Origin: Campylobacterota bacterium
Lineage (GTDB): Bacteria; Campylobacterota; Campylobacteria; Campylobacterales; Arcobacteraceae
Reading direction: 5' to 3'
NCBI GenBank assembly: GCA_051746405.1
Contig: JBNJFB010000001.1
Coordinates: 32,001 to 96,000 of the forward strand
Length of the DNA: 64,000 nt
The notes beneath the pieces are model-generated. The model had not been told where the DNA came from and did no database searches. It was given only the letters and a program-made list of their open reading frames with translations. Below, in pieces: positions 50,064-60,815 of the stretch. Numbering within the stretch: the stretch's first letter is position 1; each line of letters starts with the position of its first letter. The position numbers and the translations under genes are program-made.

Positions 50064-50950
50064 TACTTTTTTATTTTTTTATTATACAAAGCAAGATACA
50101 CTCCACATCCTACTACTATAGATGCTCCTATAAAAGTTAAAGCATCAGGTACATGATTGAAAAATATCCATCCAAGAATAGTAGCTCCAATAATCTCTAG
50201 ATATTGAAATGATGCTAATTTATTAGCAGGTGCAAAAGTAAAAGCTTTTGTAATTGAAAGATGTGCTAGTGTAGTTATAACTCCTAATAAAATTAACCAT
50301 CCCCATAAATCTGCATCAATAGATTGTAAAAAGTTTTTTGTATTAAACTCTTGACTAATAAATACAATAGAGCTAATAGTTAACATTGCAAAAAAATTAA
50401 CCCAAAATTGTAAAGAGTACAAAGAACCCTCTTTTGCAAACATTTTTGTAAACATCAAATATAAAGCATAAAAAAACGCTGCAAGTAGTGGAAAAATAGC
50501 ATTGAATCCATATAGTGAGATATTTGGCCGTAAGATAATTATTGTTCCTATAAGTCCAATTGCCACAACTATAAGATTAGTTTTACTTATTTTTTCTTTT
50601 AAGAAAATAGCACTTAAAAGTGTTAATATTAAAGGTTCCACAAAAAATATAGCAATATTATTTGCCAATGGAAGATATTTTAATCCCCAAAATAAAAAAA
50701 GTATTGAAAAAGCTATAGTAACACCTAAAATAATATAAGAGAGTTTTAGTTGTAATAGTCTATATCTTTTATAAAAAAGAATTAAAACTATAAATCCTGT
50801 TTGAAATAAGAAACGTACCCATGTAATTTCATATACAGATATAAAACTACTTAAATATTTAGCTATAGCATCTGTAACAGGAATAAGCATTACCCCAATT
50901 ACCATTAGGACAATTCCTAAATTTTGAGCTGATTGTTGATAATATTTCAT
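50063..50950 (-). CDS. DMT/EamA family transporter
   Basis: About 10 TM helices, DAIAK, FLKEKI, ILRP, FQYLEI. Confidence 0.88.
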   Translation of the reverse strand: MKYYQQSAQNLGIVLMVIGVMLIPVTDAIAKYLSSFISVYEITWVRFLFQTGFIVLILFYKRYRLLQLKLSYIILGVTIAFSILFLFWGLKYLPLANNIAIFFVEPLILTLLSAIFLKEKISKTNLIVVAIGLIGTIIILRPNISLYGFNAIFPLLAAFFYALYLMFTKMFAKEGSLYSLQFWVNFFAMLTISSIVFISQEFNTKNFLQSIDADLWGWLILLGVITTLAHLSITKAFTFAPANKLASFQYLEIIGATILGWIFFNHVPDALTFIGASIVVGCGVYLALYNKKIKK

Positions 50951-51000
50951 AGATTGTGTTCCTAAATATAAAAGAAGTAAATTGAAGTTTAAAAACTAAA

Positions 51001-51085
51001 TGGTGCGTCGAGCGGGACTTGAACCCGCACGGATTGCTCCATACGCCCCTCAAGCGTACGTGTCTACCAATTCCACCACCGACGC
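51001..51085 (-). tRNA. tRNA-Leu(GAG)
   Basis: GCGTCGG acceptor stem, anticodon arm TACGC-TTGAGGG-GCGTA, long variable arm, GGTTCAAGTCC T-arm, encoded CCA. Confidence 0.97.
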
Positions 51086-51176
51086 AATAATTAAATTCGT
51101 ATTATACATAAAAATACTTAATAATTTTATAAATAGTGTTATTAAAATAAAAGATTAAAACCTTTGTTTTATTCTT

Positions 51177-53300
51177 TTATTTATTTTGGAAGTTCTTTTC
51201 ATTTACTGCATCAAGTATATTTCTTGCTATATATGAAGTATTACTAGCTATTTGATGGGTTTGGCTTGCTACTGAAGCATTATTTTGTGTTTGTTGATCA
51301 AGTTTTGTAATTACATCATTGATTTGTTCTATACTTGTTTTTTGTTCAATTGATGCTTCTGAAATATCTTGAATAGTTTCTGTAGTTTTACTGATATTTT
51401 CACTTAGTTTGTTATAACCTTGAATCATATCATCAGCGATATTCTTACCATTTGTTGTTTTTTCTGATGCTACTTGTACAATACTCTTAATATCTTTAGC
51501 AACTTCAGCACTTCTTGTAGCTAGATTTCTAACCTCTTGAGCAACTACTGCAAAACCTTTTCCAGCTTCACCAGCTGTTGCTGCTTCAACTGCTGCGTTT
51601 AGTGATAAGATATTTGTTTGAAATGCGATATTATCAATAGCAGTTATAGCTTCTGCTATTTGTTGTGTTTGTTCATTTATCTCATCCATTGATTGAACGG
51701 TTGTAGATGCTAGTTGTTGACCTTGTTTAATTGATGTTGTTAACTCTTCTGAATTTCTTGACATATCAGATACTCTGTTTGTGTTATTTACGATAGTACT
51801 AGTTATCTCTTCAACTGCTGCGGCTGTCTCTTCTAGCGAAACAGCAGTATCATTAGAGGCTTTGTTTAAAATATCTACGTTTTTAAGAAGCTCTTTTGAA
51901 CTTCTATCAAGTTTAAGTCCATTTTCTTTATTTTCTTGAAGCATTTTATTGATTATTGTACATAAGTTATTTAATCCTCCTGAGATTTTACCATCTGGCT
52001 TATCTATCATCTCTACAAAATCTAGTTTTGAATATTTTTCAAGTTTTTCTAAAATAACATTAATATCACTATTTACATTATCACTAATAGTTTTAATCAT
52101 CTCATTTAGTATCTCTTTTAATTCATTTAGAGATTTATTTGAGGTTCTACTTTTTACTTGTAAGTCTAGTTTACCATTGTTTATATGATTTACTACATCT
52201 TTAACCTCTACGATTAATTTTTTATCTTGATCTAGACTATTTGAGATAAACTTCATCTCTTCATTTATTATTCTTCCCATTTTCCCAAGTTCGTCATTTG
52301 TATTAATCTTAATCTCTTTGATAGTGTTTTCTTCACCTTTTAGGTATTTGAAGAAGAACTCTAAGCCCTCTTGTACAGTTTTAATTGGAGCAAGAACTTT
52401 GATAAGTGAATAGAATATAATAGATAAAATAATCACAAGAAGTACAACAAATAAAGCTATCTCTTTTACAAGGTCAGAGAAAATTTCATCTATAATCTCT
52501 TCTTTGTCAAGTTGGATGATAAGTTTCCAATCTGTATTATCTATATTACTATATGCTGCTAAAATATCTTTGCCATTTAAAGTAGCTTCACTAAATGATG
52601 TTTTGCTATTACTCTTTATTTGATTAAATACTTCGCTTTGTTTTTTTAGTAACTCTTTATTTTCATGAATTAAAATTTTTCCTTCTTCATCAACCAAATA
52701 AGAGAAACCTGTCTTTTTTAACTCGATATTTAAAATAGCTTTTACAATAGTATCGATAAATATATCAGAACCAACCACACCTAAAAACTCTCCATTTTTT
52801 ACAAACGGAGTATAAACTGTAACAACAAGCTTCTTTGTGGATACATCAATATAAGGTTTTGAAACACCTGATTTTTTTGTTCTTATAGCATCTTTATACC
52901 ATGTTCTCACCCTTGAATCAAAGTTGTTTTCAGCTTTGTTTAAAACACTTCCATCTGAAAGTATTAAATTACCATTTGACTCTTTTCCTAGATATAAATC
53001 CACAAAATTACCCGACTCTTTTCCAAGTTCAAGTTTATTTACTAACTCTTTATTTGATGAGTTAAGGTTTGTAGATGGTAGTTTATTTGCAACTGCTTCT
53101 ACAATATCAATCTTCGAATCAAGATAGCTCTCAATAAAATGAGAATTAGCTTTAGCTAGATTTACTTCCTTGTCTTTGATGATGTCATAACTAGAGTTAT
53201 ATTTATTTTGTGCATTGTAGAAACCTAAGATTATAAAAGATATAGCAATACTTATTAAAGTTAGTGCTAGGATTTTTGACTTTAAACTATTTAACTTCAT
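51177..53300 (-). CDS. Methyl-accepting chemotaxis protein with dCache sensor
   Basis: FDSRVRTWY and PYID Cache motifs, two TM helices, MCP signalling domain. Confidence 0.92.
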   Translation of the reverse strand: MKLNSLKSKILALTLISIAISFIILGFYNAQNKYNSSYDIIKDKEVNLAKANSHFIESYLDSKIDIVEAVANKLPSTNLNSSNKELVNKLELGKESGNFVDLYLGKESNGNLILSDGSVLNKAENNFDSRVRTWYKDAIRTKKSGVSKPYIDVSTKKLVVTVYTPFVKNGEFLGVVGSDIFIDTIVKAILNIELKKTGFSYLVDEEGKILIHENKELLKKQSEVFNQIKSNSKTSFSEATLNGKDILAAYSNIDNTDWKLIIQLDKEEIIDEIFSDLVKEIALFVVLLVIILSIIFYSLIKVLAPIKTVQEGLEFFFKYLKGEENTIKEIKINTNDELGKMGRIINEEMKFISNSLDQDKKLIVEVKDVVNHINNGKLDLQVKSRTSNKSLNELKEILNEMIKTISDNVNSDINVILEKLEKYSKLDFVEMIDKPDGKISGGLNNLCTIINKMLQENKENGLKLDRSSKELLKNVDILNKASNDTAVSLEETAAAVEEITSTIVNNTNRVSDMSRNSEELTTSIKQGQQLASTTVQSMDEINEQTQQIAEAITAIDNIAFQTNILSLNAAVEAATAGEAGKGFAVVAQEVRNLATRSAEVAKDIKSIVQVASEKTTNGKNIADDMIQGYNKLSENISKTTETIQDISEASIEQKTSIEQINDVITKLDQQTQNNASVASQTHQIASNTSYIARNILDAVNEKNFQNK

Positions 53301-53437
53301 AGCTTTTCCTTTTGATATTATATATAGATTATGCTTCTAGGATAAGCATATCATGAAAAAGTTTCATAATGGTAGCAATATGTTGTATAAAATATATGAT
53401 ATTGTGTAAAAAATGGTATATATTTAAGAAAATAATC

Positions 53438-53474
53438 AAAAAAAAAAGGCCAAGAGTAAAACTCTTGACCTTTT
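53438..53474 (-). terminator. Intrinsic terminator of atpE
   Basis: Minus strand GGTCAAGAGT-TTT-ACTCTTGGCC followed by T10. Confidence 0.85.
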
Positions 53475-53506
53475 AAAGATATTTATAAAATTTGTAGTTT
53501 TACAAA

Positions 53507-53815
53507 TTACCCTAAAAATGGGTTTGCATATAATGCAATTAAAGCAATAACAAGTGTATAGATAACTTGTGCTTCAACAAGTGCAATAGCAATGAACATA
53601 GTAGTCATTAACTTTCCACCTAAACCTGGGTTTCTAGCAGTACCAGCAATAGTTGCAGCAGCAGTGTTACCCATACCTATAGCACCACCAAGTGCAGCTA
53701 AACCTAAACCAATACCAGCAGCAACTACTGAGTATGCTTTAATCATTGACTCACCATCAGTTGCAGCAAATGCAAAACCTGTGAATGCTAACATTAAAAG
53801 AACGATTTTTTTCAT
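53507..53815 (-). CDS. atpE: F0F1 ATP synthase subunit c, with N-terminal signal-like extension
   Basis: GLAALGGAIGMG, ARNP loop, proton-binding Glu in ALVEAQ. Confidence 0.95.
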   Translation of the reverse strand: MKKIVLLMLAFTGFAFAATDGESMIKAYSVVAAGIGLGLAALGGAIGMGNTAAATIAGTARNPGLGGKLMTTMFIAIALVEAQVIYTLVIALIALYANPFLG

Positions 53816-54042
53816 TCTAGAATCCTTTAAAAATAGTTAATTTTACAAAGTCCGTTCGGCTTGCGTATCCCTACTTATCACTTTGATTGGCGATATTATA
53901 TCTGTAGATAAATTAAACATTCTTTAAACAACCATAGATTAAATTATAAAAGTTTTACATAAGTTTATGATTTATAATCATAGTGTAAAATTTATATTGC
54001 TAAAATAGAGTATAGTCAAATTTAATGACATGAAGGAAAAAT

Positions 54043-56103
54043 ATGCAAAAACTTTTTTTATCACTTACTTTAGTTATAGTTGTTATTATAACTTCTATTT
54101 TAGGTCTGTTATTTACAAGTGCTGGTAATAGTATAATTGCTACATATATAGAAGATACAGTAAATCAAAAAAAAGAAAATGTAAACTTTAAAGTTGAGAG
54201 TTTAGCCCTTGGCTTTAATACTTTTGATTTCAAAGCAAGTTTTGCTGATGATTCAATAATAGATATATCAGGTGATTTAAAAATTATAGAAAAAGTTGTT
54301 GATTTAAAATATAAGATTGATATAAAAGATTTATCAAACTTACAAAACCTAACAAATCAAAAATTAAATGGTCCATTTTTTACATCTGGTACTTTTGTGG
54401 GTAATAATGAAAAAGCTACAATAAATGGGAACTCAAATGTAGCAAGTAGTGATACATCATATCTTATAAATATGATAAATTTTGAGCCAAGTAGTATAAA
54501 ATTTGATATCAAAGATGCGATGATAGAAGAGTTATTATATTTAGTAAATCAACCCCTTATGAGTAGTGGTAGATTAAATGTAAGTGCAAATATCAAAAAT
54601 GCAAAGCCTAATAGCCTAGATGGGACTATTGTCTCAACACTTTTAGATGGTAAAGTAAATAATAAATTTTTAAGCAGTATGTTAAATAAAAAAATTACTA
54701 CTGATATAACTTACAAATCAAGAACAAATGCAGTTTTAAAAGGAAACAAAGTAGAGGCTAACTCATCTCTTGTAAGTTCACTTGGCACTTTAGTTTCAAA
54801 AAAGACAGTTATAAATCTTGATACTTCAAAGCTTCAATCAAGATATAATTTAAATATTAATGACTTATCAAAGTTAGAGGATTTTATAGATTTTAAATTA
54901 AATGGTGAGTTTTCTACTTTTGGTGATTTAGTGGCTAATAACAATATTATAAAGATAAGCGGGACCACTCCTTTATTTAAAAGTTTAACAAAATACGATG
55001 CTAAAATAGTTGATTCAAAAGTTGAAAGTTTAAACTTAGATATGACAAATGCAAAATTAAAAACACTACTTTATACTTTAAATCAGCCATCTTATGCAAA
55101 AGGAAATCTAGATTTAAATGCGAATATTACCAGCTTAGATTTAAAGAACCTAGAAGGTAAAATCAGTTCAAATATAACTGATGGGGTGTTAAATAACAGT
55201 GTTATTAATAAGCAGTTTGACCAAAAGCTAAAAGATGAAGTAGAGTTTAGATTAAACTCTAATACTAATCTTAAGGGCACTGAAGCTATTAGTGAAGCTG
55301 CTTTAAACTCATCTGTTGCAAATTTGAATATAAATAGTGCAGTATTTGATGTGAATAAACAAAGTTTTAAGAGTAAATATCTCTTAGATGTGCCTAAACT
55401 TTCAAAGTTATATGATATAACCTCCAAAAAGCTAAGAGGTGCAGTTGAGTTAAATGGAGATATCAATTCCACAAAAGATAGTTTAACAGTTACAGGAGTA
55501 TCCCAGCTTTTAGGTGGAAGTATCGACTTCAAACTACAAAATGATGATTTAGTAGCAAATATAAATGATTTGGAGATAAAAGAGCTTACAAATATGCTTT
55601 ATTATCCAGAAGTATTTGATTCAAAATCAGATTTAAATATAGACTATAATCTTGCATCAAAAAGTGGGAAAATTAAAGGTAGGCTTATAGATGGACACTT
55701 TTTAGAAAACGAGTTCTCAACTTTAATAAATCAGTTTGCAAAGTTTGATTTAACAAGAGAAGTTTATAAAACTGTTGATATAAGTAGTGATATAAATGAT
55801 ATGGTACTAAAAAGTGTTATATCAATGAAGAGTAAAAATACACAAATAGATGTGACAAAGTCTGTTTTAGATTTAAATAACTCTTTTTTAGATGCAAATA
55901 TAAAAGCAAAAATTAGAAAAACTACTTTAGCATTTGATGTAAAAGGTGATATGCAAAATCCAAGTATTAAGCTTGATACAAAAAATACTCTAAGAAATAA
56001 AATTGAACAAGAGATAAATGAAAAAATAGGAAATAACTTAAAAGAGAAAGTTGGAGAAGAGGGTGCAAAAGAGATTATAAATAATTTCAAATCACTTTTT
56101 TAG
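54043..56103 (+). CDS. Large membrane-anchored beta-rich protein with 178-aa internal repeats (possibly AsmA-like)
   Basis: N-terminal TM helix; repeat motif Y.(I/L).(I/V)..LS.L......KL.G recurs every 534 nt. Confidence 0.7.
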   Translation: MQKLFLSLTLVIVVIITSILGLLFTSAGNSIIATYIEDTVNQKKENVNFKVESLALGFNTFDFKASFADDSIIDISGDLKIIEKVVDLKYKIDIKDLSNLQNLTNQKLNGPFFTSGTFVGNNEKATINGNSNVASSDTSYLINMINFEPSSIKFDIKDAMIEELLYLVNQPLMSSGRLNVSANIKNAKPNSLDGTIVSTLLDGKVNNKFLSSMLNKKITTDITYKSRTNAVLKGNKVEANSSLVSSLGTLVSKKTVINLDTSKLQSRYNLNINDLSKLEDFIDFKLNGEFSTFGDLVANNNIIKISGTTPLFKSLTKYDAKIVDSKVESLNLDMTNAKLKTLLYTLNQPSYAKGNLDLNANITSLDLKNLEGKISSNITDGVLNNSVINKQFDQKLKDEVEFRLNSNTNLKGTEAISEAALNSSVANLNINSAVFDVNKQSFKSKYLLDVPKLSKLYDITSKKLRGAVELNGDINSTKDSLTVTGVSQLLGGSIDFKLQNDDLVANINDLEIKELTNMLYYPEVFDSKSDLNIDYNLASKSGKIKGRLIDGHFLENEFSTLINQFAKFDLTREVYKTVDISSDINDMVLKSVISMKSKNTQIDVTKSVLDLNNSFLDANIKAKIRKTTLAFDVKGDMQNPSIKLDTKNTLRNKIEQEINEKIGNNLKEKVGEEGAKEIINNFKSLF

Positions 56104-56122
56104 AAAAAAATCTTAATATTTA

Positions 56123-56196
56123 TGATAACTATTATCAATTTAAGTATAAACAAAGTTCCTTTTTGTTTTAATTTCATTAATGATAATTGATATTAA
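56123..56196 (+). promoter_or_regulatory. Two Fur-box-like sites upstream of the imelysin operon
   Basis: TGATAACTATTATCA (56123-56137) and TGATAATTGATATTA (56181-56195) resemble the 7-1-7 Fur consensus. Confidence 0.7.
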
Positions 56197-56213
56197 AATT
56201 AAAAAGGAATCAA

Positions 56214-57572
56214 ATGTTAAGAAAATCTAAAGTTTTAGCTGCCTCTTTATCTTTTGCAGCAATATTAGCGTTAAGTGGTTGTACAAACTTACAACAAAAT
56301 CAGCAAGCATCAAAAATGCATAGTATGAAAGCCCAAAATATATTAGTAGCTTACTCAGATATTGCATTAGCAAACTATGATGATGCATTAAAAGATGCAA
56401 TTAATCTAAAGTTTAGAATTGATACATTCTCAACTAATCCAAATGAACAAACTTTTCAAGAGGCTAAAAAAGCTTGGCTATTATCAAGGGAGTCATACGG
56501 ACAAACTGAAATTTTTAGATTATCAAATGGTCCAATTGATGCAGAAGAAGGTTGGGTTGCTAACTCATACGGTGCATTAGAGGGGCAATTAAACGCTTGG
56601 CCATTAGATGAGAATATGATTGATTATACAGTTAATGCAAATGGTGAAAAAACATCAGGAAATATTATTGATACAAATGGTGTATTTAATCCAGGTGGAC
56701 AAGAGGCTAAAAGTGTAAATGTAGATAAAATCACAGTTGATGCACTAACAGCATTAAATGAAAATGGTGGTGAAGCTAACGTATCTACAGGCTACCATGC
56801 GATTGAGTTTTTATTATGGGGACAAGATCAAGACTACTCTAACTTTATGAAAGACTCAATAACAAAAGGTGCTTTAACAGCTGGTCAAAGACCATTATCA
56901 GACTTTATAGATGATAAAAATGCAAAAAGAAGATTTGCATATTTAAAAGCAGCATCTGACAAAATTGTACAAGATTTAAAAGTTGTTAAATCAGCTTGGG
57001 AAAAGGGTGTTGATGGTACAACGGGATTATATCAAGCTGCACTACAAGGACAATTATCAGGTAAAAATGCCAATAAAAATATTCCTACAAAAGAGGCGTT
57101 AAGTCAAATTCTCGCTGGAATGGGTGTATTTATTAAATCTGAATTAGCAAATGAAAGAATTGCAGTTGCAGTATTAACACCATCTGAAGAAGATGAACAC
57201 TCTTGTTTCTCTGATAATACACACAGAGATATTTTAACAAACTACTTAGGATTTAAAAATATATTAACTTCAACATACAATGGTAAAAAATATGGACCAT
57301 CTATGTTAGATGCAGTTGATGCCCAAACTAAGGCTAGAATTATTAACTTAATGGGTTCTATTGAGTCAAAGATTAACCAAATTGATAAGCTTGCTAAAAC
57401 AAAAGAGCATTTTGATTATCAAATACATTTAGGAAATCCAAATGCTAAAAATATCGTAAAACTTAAAAACGAAATGAGAAAGCTTGGTGATGAAATGGTA
57501 AATGTTGCGAAAGCTTATGGAGTTGATTTAACTACTGATGATGTTACAGATGCGCAAGAGACAAAGATTTAA
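56214..57572 (+). CDS. Imelysin (peptidase M75 / IrpA-like) iron-regulated lipoprotein
   Basis: Lipobox LSGC, LNAWPLDE, TGYHAIEFLLWGQD, EDEHSCFSDNT. Confidence 0.9.
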   Translation: MLRKSKVLAASLSFAAILALSGCTNLQQNQQASKMHSMKAQNILVAYSDIALANYDDALKDAINLKFRIDTFSTNPNEQTFQEAKKAWLLSRESYGQTEIFRLSNGPIDAEEGWVANSYGALEGQLNAWPLDENMIDYTVNANGEKTSGNIIDTNGVFNPGGQEAKSVNVDKITVDALTALNENGGEANVSTGYHAIEFLLWGQDQDYSNFMKDSITKGALTAGQRPLSDFIDDKNAKRRFAYLKAASDKIVQDLKVVKSAWEKGVDGTTGLYQAALQGQLSGKNANKNIPTKEALSQILAGMGVFIKSELANERIAVAVLTPSEEDEHSCFSDNTHRDILTNYLGFKNILTSTYNGKKYGPSMLDAVDAQTKARIINLMGSIESKINQIDKLAKTKEHFDYQIHLGNPNAKNIVKLKNEMRKLGDEMVNVAKAYGVDLTTDDVTDAQETKI

Positions 57573-58938
57573 TCTATCTTTACTATCTAAACTAATTCTT
57601 TCAAAAAGCCTTGTAGCTCTTATGGCTACAGGACTTTTAGCAGTTAGTGAAAAAAGCAGATATTTTTCAAAAAAGAATCATAAGTCTTTATTAGAAAAAC
57701 CAAGAAAAGGTTTAAATAATGAACAATACGACCAGTTTATATTAGGAAGAAGTTTTTTTACAATTCCTTGGGTTGAGGCTCCAAGTGCTACAACTGCAAG
57801 GGATGGATTAGGACCACTTTTTAATGCAAACACCTGCAAAAGTTGTCACCCAGGAAATGGAAGAGGAGAGCTTTATACTAGTAATAAAACAGTATCAAGA
57901 TCCTTAGTTGCTAGAGTATCTATTTTAAATGATGGTTCAGAACAGCATGAAACAGTTTCAAGTAAAATGGGGTTTGTTCCCCATGAAGTTTATGGAAATC
58001 AAATATCTATAAATGGTGTTCATAAAGTACCTTTTGAAGCAAGAGTAAAAGTTGATTTTAAAAAGATTGAAGTGAATTTTCCAGACGGTGAAAAAGATAC
58101 AATTCTTAAGCCAAAATATGAGTTAGTAGATAAAAACTATGGTGATTTAGATGGTGCTATTTTATCTTATAGAATGGCTCAGACAATGCATGGTTTAGGA
58201 ATGATTGAAAAAATATCAGATGAATCAATTTTGGCAAATGAAGATATAAATGACAGTGATGGCGATGGTATCTCAGGAAAAGCAAATAGAGTTTACTCTT
58301 TTTTAACTAAACAAGAAGCTATAGGAAGATATACATGGAAAGCAAGTGTTCCTAGCATCTTTGAACAAGTTGCTAATGCAGCAAATAATGATATGAGTAT
58401 CACCACATCACTACATACAAATGATAACTGTACAACCTTACAAAAAGAGTGTAACGAAGCACCAAAATCAAGACATAAAGTGGACTTACCTGATTTAAGA
58501 GTTACAGCTATTGAGTACTATATAAGTAATTTAAGAGCCTATGAACCTATAAAAGATGATGAGTTTAAAGAGGGTTTAGAACTATTTAAAGCCTTAGATT
58601 GTGCAAAGTGTCACACTACAAGTTTTACTACAGTAGATGGGTTTGAAGTATCACCTTATTCAGATTTTTTACTTCACGATATGGGTGAGGGGTTAGCTGA
58701 TGGTAGAGCTGAGTTTGATGCAACAGCAAGTGAGTTTAGAACAGCTCCACTATGGGGCTTATCACTTCACAAGAAAATAAATGGCAAAAACCCAAGGCTT
58801 TTACATGATGGAAGAGCAAGAGATTTTCAAGAGGCTATTTTATGGCATGGTGGTGAGGCTGAAACTGCAAAGCAAAACTATATAAATGCCTCAAAACAGA
58901 CAAGAGAAAAATTGATTAAATTTTTAGAGAGGTTATAA
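57538..58938 (+). CDS. Di-heme oxidoreductase (DHOR family)
   Basis: DGLGPLFNA, CKSCH, D..DSDGDGISG, CAKCH, LLHDMG, RTAPLWG, LLHDGRAR. Exact start uncertain. Confidence 0.88.
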   Translation: MMLQMRKRQRFNLSLLSKLILSKSLVALMATGLLAVSEKSRYFSKKNHKSLLEKPRKGLNNEQYDQFILGRSFFTIPWVEAPSATTARDGLGPLFNANTCKSCHPGNGRGELYTSNKTVSRSLVARVSILNDGSEQHETVSSKMGFVPHEVYGNQISINGVHKVPFEARVKVDFKKIEVNFPDGEKDTILKPKYELVDKNYGDLDGAILSYRMAQTMHGLGMIEKISDESILANEDINDSDGDGISGKANRVYSFLTKQEAIGRYTWKASVPSIFEQVANAANNDMSITTSLHTNDNCTTLQKECNEAPKSRHKVDLPDLRVTAIEYYISNLRAYEPIKDDEFKEGLELFKALDCAKCHTTSFTTVDGFEVSPYSDFLLHDMGEGLADGRAEFDATASEFRTAPLWGLSLHKKINGKNPRLLHDGRARDFQEAILWHGGEAETAKQNYINASKQTREKLIKFLERL

Positions 58939-59879
58939 TGAAAAAACTATTTTTAGGAACACTTATTTTAGTTACAAGCAGTTTTGCACAAACAAATCTG
59001 CACTCTATTTTAAAAAATGTTTCAATACCAAATGTAAATAAAAGTATTGAAGCAGCAAAGCAGCTAAAACAAAATCCAAATGCAAAGAATTTCACAAAGT
59101 TAGTTAAAAACTGGAAAAAAGTTGAAGCTATGTATTTTGCTGGAAATATGGATGATAACTATATAGATACACCAAGATATATAGATGTTTATCATAACTT
59201 AAAAGAGGATTTACATAAGCAAATGAAAAGAGCCTTAGAGTCTGATGATAAACCAAGAATTGCACTTTTTAAAAATTCATTTAGAACTATAAATGCTTTA
59301 GAGTATGTACTTTTTAATGATGATAAAATCACAAAAAGAGAGAAACTATTTTCAAAAATGATTTTAGACACAATTATCTCTAATCTTGAAGATATCAAAA
59401 ATGTTTATGAGAATTATTATGAAAATGCTTCAAAAACTCAGAAGTGGGAAAATTCAATGATTATGAATACATTGATTTCTAGCTCTTACAAATTAAGGGA
59501 GTGGAGAATAGGTGAACCAGCTGGTTTAGCTGTAAAATATGAAGGTGACAAAGATAATAGTAGAGCAGAGTACTATCTAAGTAAAAACTCTAAAAATGCA
59601 ATTGAAGCTATACTAAAAGCCCATGAAGAGATTATTGGAGAAAAAGATTATAAAAACTTTGCTACTATGGCTAAAAAAGCAGGTGCAATTGAAGCTACAA
59701 ATGCAGCACAAAAAGCTTTAAAAGCTACACAAGAGAAGTTATACCTTATTAAAAATGATGATTTCTCAAATGCTAAAGAGTTGTTTTTTAGTGCAAAAAG
59801 TTTTCATAATGCTTACTATTTATCACTAATTACAGATTTATCTATCACTGCAAAGATATTAGACGCAGATGGAGATTAG
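58938..59879 (+). CDS. Second, divergent imelysin-family protein
   Basis: Signal peptide, INALEYVLF, terminal DADGD. Confidence 0.78.
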   Translation: MKKLFLGTLILVTSSFAQTNLHSILKNVSIPNVNKSIEAAKQLKQNPNAKNFTKLVKNWKKVEAMYFAGNMDDNYIDTPRYIDVYHNLKEDLHKQMKRALESDDKPRIALFKNSFRTINALEYVLFNDDKITKREKLFSKMILDTIISNLEDIKNVYENYYENASKTQKWENSMIMNTLISSSYKLREWRIGEPAGLAVKYEGDKDNSRAEYYLSKNSKNAIEAILKAHEEIIGEKDYKNFATMAKKAGAIEATNAAQKALKATQEKLYLIKNDDFSNAKELFFSAKSFHNAYYLSLITDLSITAKILDADGD

Positions 59880-59882
59880 AAG

Positions 59883-60815
59883 TTGAATGATGTTTTTGTA
59901 CTTGAGTATTTTATAGACCCATCAAAAAGGGTCTTTATAGGGTATTTACTTATTTCACTTTTGATAGGTGCTCTGTTTTTTTATTTTAGTAAACAAAAAA
60001 CAAAAGTAATATTATCCTCAAAGCTTTGGTTACATCCAAGTGCTAAGCTTGATTATTATTACTTTTTTATTGGCTACTTTATAAAAGTATTTATGCTATT
60101 TCCTATAATACTTAGTGCAAAAACTGTAGCACTGTTTGTAAATAAACAGTTATATTTAGCTTTTGATTTTTATCAAAATAGTTATTTCTCTTATGAAGTT
60201 GTGATTGTTATGTATACTGTAGCTATTTTTGTAGTAAGTGATTTTACTAGATATTGGTTGCATAGATTTTTACATACTATTCCTTTTTTATGGGAGTTTC
60301 ACAAGATTCACCATAGTGCAAAGGTATTAACACCTATTACATTTTACAGGGTTCATCCAGTTGAGAACCTACTTTTTGGACTTAGATACTCACTAAGTAT
60401 TGGTTTAGTAACTGGGGTATTTATATACTTTTTCGGTGCGATGATTGATTTGTATACAGTATTTGGAGTAAATATTTTTATATTTGTTTTTTCAATAATA
60501 GGAGCAAACTTAAGACATTCACACGTGGCATTTTCTTATCCTAAGTTTTTAGAAAGTTTTTTCATTTCTGCTAAACAGCATCAAATACATCATAGTAAGA
60601 AATACTTTGATAAAAACTTTGGAGGGTATTTGGCTATTTGGGATAGGATGTTTGGTTCTTTGAAGTATTCAAAGGATGTGAGTGTTTTAAAGTTTGGGCT
60701 TGCAAAAGAGCAGATGAAAGATTATAACTCAATATTAGCACTTTTAATTAGACCATTTAAAAATCTTATATTAAGGAGAAGATTTTATGAAATATTTAAA
60801 ACTAATAACTCTTAG
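59883..60815 (+). CDS. Sterol desaturase / fatty acid hydroxylase family membrane protein
   Basis: His boxes HRFLH, HKIHH, HQIHH; NFG...WDRMFG. Confidence 0.88.
   Translation: MNDVFVLEYFIDPSKRVFIGYLLISLLIGALFFYFSKQKTKVILSSKLWLHPSAKLDYYYFFIGYFIKVFMLFPIILSAKTVALFVNKQLYLAFDFYQNSYFSYEVVIVMYTVAIFVVSDFTRYWLHRFLHTIPFLWEFHKIHHSAKVLTPITFYRVHPVENLLFGLRYSLSIGLVTGVFIYFFGAMIDLYTVFGVNIFIFVFSIIGANLRHSHVAFSYPKFLESFFISAKQHQIHHSKKYFDKNFGGYLAIWDRMFGSLKYSKDVSVLKFGLAKEQMKDYNSILALLIRPFKNLILRRRFYEIFKTNNS

Noticed and set aside
50859..51053. 64-aa ORF overlapping the tRNA
   Set aside because: Spurious translation across the tRNA-Leu gene and the DMT start.
50950..51085. tRNA-Leu as an integration site
   Set aside because: No duplicated tRNA 3' end and no integrase seen in the window.
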